DNA of 64,000 bases from contig JBCCXZ010000012.1 in the NCBI GenBank assembly GCA_039190745.1, forward strand, positions 8,978 to 72,977. The letters are read 5' to 3'. Positions 58,253 to 64,000 of this stretch are shown one piece after another (positions within the stretch are counted from its first letter, which is position 1; each line of letters starts with the position of its first letter). The stretch is from Planctomycetota bacterium (GTDB taxonomy: Bacteria; Planctomycetota; Planctomycetia; Pirellulales; Lacipirellulaceae). A program made the position numbers and the translations under genes. The notes under the pieces are model-generated. The model had not been told where the DNA came from, ran no database searches, and was given only the letters and a program-made list of their open reading frames with translations.

Positions 58253-60787
58253 ATGGATGTACTGTGTTGGTCTGTGGCGTTCATCGGGGCCGCGGTGGCC
58301 CTCGTGCAAGCAAAATTCTTCTACGAGTCGATGATCCGTGCGTCCGAGGGGACCCCGCGGATGCGCGAGATCGCCGGCCACGTGCGTGACGGCGCCAACA
58401 CTTATCTGGATCAGCAGTTCAAAGTCGTCACGGCCTTCTTCTTCGTGATCGCGATCCTGCTCGGCGTCGCGGCGTTCGGTCTGAAAGTTCAGAGCGAGTT
58501 GGTGCCGTTTGCTTTCTTGACCGGCGGCTTCTTCTCCGGCCTGGCCGGTTGGTTCGGGATGACGACCGCGACGGCTGCCAGCAGCCGCACGGCCGCGGCG
58601 GCGAAGGTGTCGCTCAATCAGGGGCTGCAGGTGGCTTTCCGTTCCGGTGCGGTGATGGGGCTTACCGTCGTTGGGCTGGGGCTGATGGATATCGCGCTCT
58701 GGTTTGCGTTCCTGTACTGGGTTTGGCCGATGATGGGTTTCGAGCCGCTGGACCTCATCACGATTACCGCAACGATGCTCTGCTTCGGCATGGGAGCGAG
58801 CGCCCAGGCTTTGTTCGCCCGCGTCGGCGGCGGGATTTTCACGAAGGCGGCCGATGTGGGCGCCGACCTTGTGGGCAAGGTGGAGCACAGCATCCCCGAA
58901 GACGACCCGCGGAACCCGGCCACCATCGCCGATAACGTGGGCGACAACGTGGGCGACGTGGCCGGCATGGGAGCCGACCTTTACGAATCTTACAGCGGCT
59001 CGATCCTCGCGACCGCCGCGTTGGGTGCGGCGGCGTTCAGCGTGCCGGCGTTGGTGCCGGAGGGGATGGAGACCGCCGACGCGCAGATGCGGGCGATGTT
59101 CCTGCCGATGGTCGTCGCGGGGCTCGGCATCGTGGCTTCGATTATCGGGATCCATACGGTGAGGGCCGGCGACGACGCTTCTCAGAAGAGCCTGCTCCAC
59201 GCGCTGGGCCGCGGGATCAACCTCTCTACGGGGTTGGTGTTCATTCTGGCGATGGCCGCCGCGGCGTTCTTGATGCCGCGGACGCCGGGAACCGAGTCGC
59301 TTCTGGGCGTGCCCGGCGTGGGCGTCAGTATCGTGGTGGGTTTGATCACCGGCGTGTTGATCGGCTGGTGGACTGAGTATGTCACCAGCGATGAGTACTC
59401 GCCGACGAAGAAGCTGGCGAAGCAGGCAGAGACGGGACCAGCAACGGTGATCATCGGCGGGGTGGCCGACGGCATGAACAGCGTGTGGGCCCCGGTTGTG
59501 CTGGTTGGCATCGCGACGATTTCCTCGTTCGGCTTTGCCACGGGTTGGCACTTCGAGGACCTGAATCTGTTTTCTCTGGGCCTCTACGGCGTGGGGATCG
59601 CGGCGGTTGGCATGTTGAGCACACTCGGCATCACGCTGGCGACCGACGCCTACGGCCCGATCGCGGATAACGCCGGCGGTAACGCGGAAATGTCCGGCCT
59701 TCCCGAGTTCGTCCGCCAACGGACCGATGCGCTCGACAGCCTCGGCAACACCACGGCGGCGACGGGCAAGGGGTTTGCCATCGGCTCGGCGGCTTTGACG
59801 GCGCTCGCCTTGATGGCGGCCTACGTCGAGGGCGTGCGTGTTGGGTTCGATCGCTGGGGCGTCGCGTTCGCTGAGGAGTTGGTCGCCGCTGGGGACGCGG
59901 AGCCGGGCGTCTACAAGGCCAGCCCGAGGTTCCTGGTAGAGGTCGGCGGAGCGGCCGCGGGCGAGCCGTCTCCGCAGGAGGCCGGGCTTCAGGCGACGAA
60001 CGCCTACTTGTTGATGCCGCGTGAGTTGGACGACGCGGAGTTTGCGGCGGCGTGGGCTTCGGTGCCCGTGGGCGGCTTGGTCCCCACTTCCGGCGGCGAC
60101 GCATTGATCTCCGGCCCGGAAGGCGAGCGGGTTTGGGCGAATTCGGGCGACGGTTTGCAGTCGGTCCGCGAGGCGGCGTTGCCGCAGTTCAACACGTACT
60201 ACGACGTGACGCTGATGAACCCCAAGGTTCTGGTCGGCGTGTTTATCGGTTCGATGGCGACCTTTGTGTTCTGCGCGATGACCATGAAGGCGGTCGGCCG
60301 GGCGGCCCAGGGCATGGTGGAGGAGGTGCGACGGCAGTTCCGCGAGGTGACGGGAATTATGGAAGGGACGGCCGAGCCGGATTACACGACGCCGGTTGCG
60401 ATCAGCACTCGGGCGGCCCAGTACGAGATGATCGTGCCTTCGTTCCTGGGTCTGTGTTTGCCTGTGCTTGTTGGCCTCGCACTGGGGGTCGCCGGCGTGC
60501 TGGGGATGCTGGTCGGCACGCTCACGTCCGGCTTCTGCGTGGCGATCTTCATGGCCAACGCGGGCGGTGCGTGGGACAACGCTAAGAAGTACATCGAGGC
60601 GGGCAACCTTGGCGGGAAGGGCACTGAAGCCCACAAAGCCGCGGTCGTTGGCGACACGGTAGGCGACCCGTTCAAGGACACCAGCGGGCCGAGCCTGAAC
60701 ATTCTCATTAAGCTGATGAGCATGACCAGCGTGGTGGTTGCGGGGCTGGTGGTGCGGTACAGCCTGACGGCCTGGGATGTCTTTTAG
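58253..60787 (+). CDS. hppA: Membrane-integral pyrophosphatase, K+-dependent type, probably Na+(,H+)-pumping
   Basis: DVGADLVGKVE, DNVGDNVGD, GNTTAA, GDTVGDPFKDTSGP. Confidence 0.96.
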   Translation: MDVLCWSVAFIGAAVALVQAKFFYESMIRASEGTPRMREIAGHVRDGANTYLDQQFKVVTAFFFVIAILLGVAAFGLKVQSELVPFAFLTGGFFSGLAGWFGMTTATAASSRTAAAAKVSLNQGLQVAFRSGAVMGLTVVGLGLMDIALWFAFLYWVWPMMGFEPLDLITITATMLCFGMGASAQALFARVGGGIFTKAADVGADLVGKVEHSIPEDDPRNPATIADNVGDNVGDVAGMGADLYESYSGSILATAALGAAAFSVPALVPEGMETADAQMRAMFLPMVVAGLGIVASIIGIHTVRAGDDASQKSLLHALGRGINLSTGLVFILAMAAAAFLMPRTPGTESLLGVPGVGVSIVVGLITGVLIGWWTEYVTSDEYSPTKKLAKQAETGPATVIIGGVADGMNSVWAPVVLVGIATISSFGFATGWHFEDLNLFSLGLYGVGIAAVGMLSTLGITLATDAYGPIADNAGGNAEMSGLPEFVRQRTDALDSLGNTTAATGKGFAIGSAALTALALMAAYVEGVRVGFDRWGVAFAEELVAAGDAEPGVYKASPRFLVEVGGAAAGEPSPQEAGLQATNAYLLMPRELDDAEFAAAWASVPVGGLVPTSGGDALISGPEGERVWANSGDGLQSVREAALPQFNTYYDVTLMNPKVLVGVFIGSMATFVFCAMTMKAVGRAAQGMVEEVRRQFREVTGIMEGTAEPDYTTPVAISTRAAQYEMIVPSFLGLCLPVLVGLALGVAGVLGMLVGTLTSGFCVAIFMANAGGAWDNAKKYIEAGNLGGKGTEAHKAAVVGDTVGDPFKDTSGPSLNILIKLMSMTSVVVAGLVVRYSLTAWDVF

Positions 60788-60897
60788 GCCTCTGGAACGA
60801 GCCTCTGATTCACAAGGGCGGGGCCCGATCTTGCGGGCGGCGGTCGATGTCCTAGAATAATGCGTCTGAGAAGAATCCCGCGGCGGGTGCGGGTTCC

Positions 60898-60986
60898 GGA
60901 GAGGTGGCTGAGTGGTCGAAAGCGCCGGTTTGCTAAATCGGTGACCGGGGTAACCTGGTCCGCAGGTTCGAATCCTGTCCTCTCCG
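60898..60986 (+). tRNA. tRNA-Ser (anticodon GCT)
   Basis: GGAGAGG/CCTCTCC acceptor stem, CCGGT-TTGCTAA-ATCGG, long variable arm, GTTCGAATCC. Confidence 0.96.
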
Positions 60987-61012
60987 CTTGGGTTGATGAA
61001 TCGATTGCAGAC

Positions 61013-61039
61013 GAGCCCCCGTTGTTGCGGGGGCTTTTT
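61013..61039 (+). terminator. Rho-independent terminator after tRNA-Ser
   Basis: AGCCCCCG-TTGTTG-CGGGGGCT followed by a T-run. Confidence 0.8.
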
Positions 61040-61053
61040 CGTGCGCCTTTGGG

Positions 61054-61384
61054 GCCCGCCGATTGAGATCCGCGGGCCTGGATCTGTTTTGTCTTTAGAC
61101 CCGGAATCGGGTACACGCGGCGATACGCCAAAAGTCTGTTCTTTTGTCCGGTCCGCGGGTTGCCGGCGGCTTGATTTGTAGGCTGCGCTCCGGTTGGCGT
61201 CGGTCTTAATCATTCGCGTTTGCGTCTGAAACGGTCGACTTTCTGTGGACTAATGTGAGGGTTTTCTACCAAGGTGCTGGGCCCCTTGGGGAGTCTGTCG
61301 ACGCGCCGGTCGACGGCTACTAACGAGTGGCTCTGAGGCGAAGTTATAGTGTTCTTATGTATACATTCCGGCGTGGCCATTTGC
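61054..61384. repeat. Mosaic non-coding repeat element, copy 2 (inverted relative to copy 1)
   Basis: See 55196-55521. Confidence 0.9.
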
Positions 61385-61554
61385 GAGCTCACAATTGCTG
61401 CGAAGCTGTATGGGTTGGCGCGGTTATGGGTACTGGCGCTGATGTGGTGGTCGCGCCGGTGCGGGTAACCGATACCGGTACGTAGCAGGCGGCGGCAACG
61501 CGGCCTTTCGACGCGAAGGGATTGCGCGTCGGGCGTACCCGGAAGGAGCCCATC

Positions 61555-63966
61555 GTGACGCCGCGAAGTCTTTGCGCATCGGCCATATCGGTTGCAGTTG
61601 CTTGCTTTGCCGCGTCTCAGGCCGTCGCGCAGTTCGACCAGTGGCGGCCTTACACAGAGCTGGAAGCCCGGATGGGCGACGACGTCGAGCTGGGGCTGTT
61701 CGAGCTGTTCTTCCCGCTCTGGCAAGACCAAGACAGCATGCTGTTTGTCGACGCACGAGGGTACCAGGACGACGTTTCGGCCTCGGAGGGCAACTGGGGC
61801 TTGGCTTTCCGCACAATGCTGCCCAGTGACTGGGTGCTGGGCGTAAACGGCTTCTTCGATTACCGGCGGACCGAGTTCGGCAACGACTTCTCGCAAGGGG
61901 CGTTTGGGCTGGAACTACTGGACATCGACAAGGGCTTCCGACTGAATGGTTATATCCCGGACGGTGAGGTGAAGAGCGCCCCCGGAGCGACCACCGCGGC
62001 AGTCTCAGGCGGCACGATTGCGGTGCTGCCTGGGCTGGAGGCCTCCTACTATGGGCTGGACGCGGAGGCGGAGTGCCTGCTGTGGCACCGGGACGGCTGC
62101 CGGCTGGGTGGGCTCGACCTGGAGCTGTGGGGCGCCGCGGGCGTATACCACTTCGACCACAACAGGGCCGGGTTTACAGATATCACGGGGCCGCGTCTGA
62201 GGACCGAACTGCGTGCGTTCGACCTGCCGTGGCTGGGCAACGACAGCCGGCTGGTGTTCGGGGCCCGGTACGAACACGACGACGTACGCGACTCGCAGTG
62301 GACGGGTAGCGTCGGCGTGCGGATCCCCTTCGGCCCCGTAGGCGGTCGGTCTGGACGGCGTCTGCAGGGTCTGGCGCGGCGCATGGTAGCGCCGATCGAA
62401 CGAGACATCGACATCGTGACCAACGTCGCGGCGGGCGCCCCTGAGGCAGCGGTGCTGGGGGCGACGGGCCAGGTGATCCAGCAGGTGGTGACGATCGACG
62501 CGAACACGGTGAACCCCGAGACCGTGGTCTCCAGCGCCGGCGCCAACAGCGTCGTGTACGCTGACGGCGCCGCGGGCATGATCAATACGGCCTCGTCGAT
62601 CAACCTGAACAACGGCCAGGTGATCGCGGGGGGCGGGTCGCAATACGTTGTGTTTGGGGCGAGCAGCGGCGACTCGGTGACGGTCGACGTGCCGGGGTCG
62701 CGGCCGACGATCAACAACTCGAACTTTGGCGTGAACACGGTGGTGGTGTCGACGGACGCTTCGGTGGTAGGGCTGGACATCGTGGGCGGCAACATCGGCG
62801 TCGCGACCACCACGGGGGGCAACGCCCCGCTCTCGTCGAACTCGGCGATTGTCGACAACACGGTGTCGGGGGCCGGGGGCGGCTACAGCTCAGGAGATAT
62901 CGGCGGCCTGATCAACGGCAACACGTTCACGGGCAACGCATCTTTCGGTCTGGTGGGCGGCCAGGTCTTCGGCGAGGTCTCGGAGAACACCGCGACGGGC
63001 AACGGCGGCTTCGGCATCGGCGTGTCGAACGTCTTTGGCGTGGTAGCCAACAACACGGCCAACGGCAACTTTGGCTTCGGCCTGATCGCGAACGACTCGG
63101 CTTTCGGGGCGGTCGTCTCGGGGAACACCGCGAGCATGAACACCGACGACGGCATCCTGCTGGGCTTTGTGGGCGGCTTTATCTCGGAGAACACCTCGAC
63201 GGGCAACGGCGACTCGGGCTTCCTGATCTCGGGCATCGTCTCGGGGGGGCGGTTCACCGGGAACACGGCGAGCGGCAACGCGAACGATGGCTTCGGTTTC
63301 GGTCAGATCGCCGCGGGGGGCTTGATGGACCGCAACACGGCCACGGGCAATACGGACAACGGCTTCGTGACCGCGTCGACCGTGCTGGGCACGTTGCGGA
63401 ACAACACCTCGAGTGGGAACGGGAGCAACGGTTTTGTGATGGACACGGTGGGCTTTGGCGGCCAGGTGTTCAACAACAACGCAGACGGCAACACGGCCAA
63501 CGGGTTCGCTTTCTTTGACGTGAACGGATCGTTCAGCAACAACGTGTCGAGTAACAACGGGTCGGACGGCTATTTCTTCCAGAACGTCAACGCGGGCAGC
63601 TTCGTGTCTCAGAACTTGGCGGTCGGCAACGGCGGCGTTGGCTTTCGCTTCACCAACGTGGGAGGCGTGTTCAGCAACAACAGCGCAAGCCGCAACGGGA
63701 TCGACGGGTACGACTTCACCGAGGTGCTTGCCGGTGCGGAGATGTCCGGAAACACCGCAACCGAGAACACGGCGAACGGCTTCTGCTTTATCGACGTCAC
63801 CGGCACGTTCTCCGACAACGTTGCGCAGGGCAACGGGATCGACGGCTACGACTTCGTGGACGTGAACTCGGCCGGCCTGGCGAGCAACAACTTCGCCTCG
63901 GGCAACACGAACAACGGTTTCGACTTCGTCGACGTGGAAGGCGAGTTCACGTCCACGAAGTCGTAG
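61555..63966 (+). CDS. Surface protein: inverse-autotransporter-like beta-barrel plus right-handed beta-helix repeats (3' end probably not genuine)
   Basis: Signal peptide after AAGGAG/GTG; EGNWGLAFR..GVNGFFD..RLNGYIP barrel; many NTAxGNxxxGF repeats. Confidence 0.8.
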   Translation: MTPRSLCASAISVAVACFAASQAVAQFDQWRPYTELEARMGDDVELGLFELFFPLWQDQDSMLFVDARGYQDDVSASEGNWGLAFRTMLPSDWVLGVNGFFDYRRTEFGNDFSQGAFGLELLDIDKGFRLNGYIPDGEVKSAPGATTAAVSGGTIAVLPGLEASYYGLDAEAECLLWHRDGCRLGGLDLELWGAAGVYHFDHNRAGFTDITGPRLRTELRAFDLPWLGNDSRLVFGARYEHDDVRDSQWTGSVGVRIPFGPVGGRSGRRLQGLARRMVAPIERDIDIVTNVAAGAPEAAVLGATGQVIQQVVTIDANTVNPETVVSSAGANSVVYADGAAGMINTASSINLNNGQVIAGGGSQYVVFGASSGDSVTVDVPGSRPTINNSNFGVNTVVVSTDASVVGLDIVGGNIGVATTTGGNAPLSSNSAIVDNTVSGAGGGYSSGDIGGLINGNTFTGNASFGLVGGQVFGEVSENTATGNGGFGIGVSNVFGVVANNTANGNFGFGLIANDSAFGAVVSGNTASMNTDDGILLGFVGGFISENTSTGNGDSGFLISGIVSGGRFTGNTASGNANDGFGFGQIAAGGLMDRNTATGNTDNGFVTASTVLGTLRNNTSSGNGSNGFVMDTVGFGGQVFNNNADGNTANGFAFFDVNGSFSNNVSSNNGSDGYFFQNVNAGSFVSQNLAVGNGGVGFRFTNVGGVFSNNSASRNGIDGYDFTEVLAGAEMSGNTATENTANGFCFIDVTGTFSDNVAQGNGIDGYDFVDVNSAGLASNNFASGNTNNGFDFVDVEGEFTSTKS

Positions 63967-64000
63967 CCGTCGATCCCGTTGCCCTGCGCAACGTTGTCGG
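63812..64000. repeat. Exact 59-nt inverted repeat (63812-63870 vs 63942-64000) running to the window end
   Basis: The last 59 nt are the reverse complement of 63812-63870. Confidence 0.92.

Noticed and set aside
58181..61213. 1010-aa minus-strand ORF
   Set aside because: Antisense shadow of hppA that also crosses tRNA-Ser; expected in GC-rich DNA.
55196..61384. Composite transposon or CRISPR-like array interpretation of the repeat pair
   Set aside because: No transposase or cas gene, the cargo is housekeeping, and the conserved blocks differ from one another rather than repeating.

Overview
GC-rich bacterial DNA that looks planctomycetal (two DUF1559 prepilin-like genes, PEP-CTERM proteins with Ca-binding GDFDxDGDVD repeats, Tat-exported sugar enzymes). 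From left to right: (1) 1-2 kb, a probable metal-starvation operon (RGPP-ending Cys/His leader ORF, DUF1559, His-tipped secreted protein) behind a TGCAA-N5-TTGCA box; (2) 2-15 kb, housekeeping and regulatory genes (CBS protein with two Rex-type boxes, M29 aminopeptidase, acyl-CoA dehydrogenase, ECF sigma/anti-sigma, ispD, tyrS, leuA with a complete leucine attenuator, tRNA-Leu); (3) 15.5-27 kb, a Fur/Zur-COG0523 metal cluster with a second RGPP leader ORF, two permeases, DUF58/transglutaminase-like/MoxR and a His-rich lipoprotein; (4) 27.4-48.8 kb, an alginate/uronan utilisation locus (AlgG-like epimerase, two lyases, DUF1559 module, XylR-type regulator); (5) 49-64 kb, a PAS-MCP, a MerR/B12-fold regulator, transport genes, holB, hppA, tRNA-Ser and a beta-helix surface protein. 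Best leads: two RGPP arrest-peptide-like leaders each preceded by the same Fur-type box, one of them in front of a DUF1559 module, and an unexplained ~330-bp mosaic non-coding element in two inverted copies (55.2 and 61.1-61.4 kb). The last 59 nt are a fold-back of upstream sequence, probably an artefact. All family calls come from motif recognition by eye; no database searches were run.
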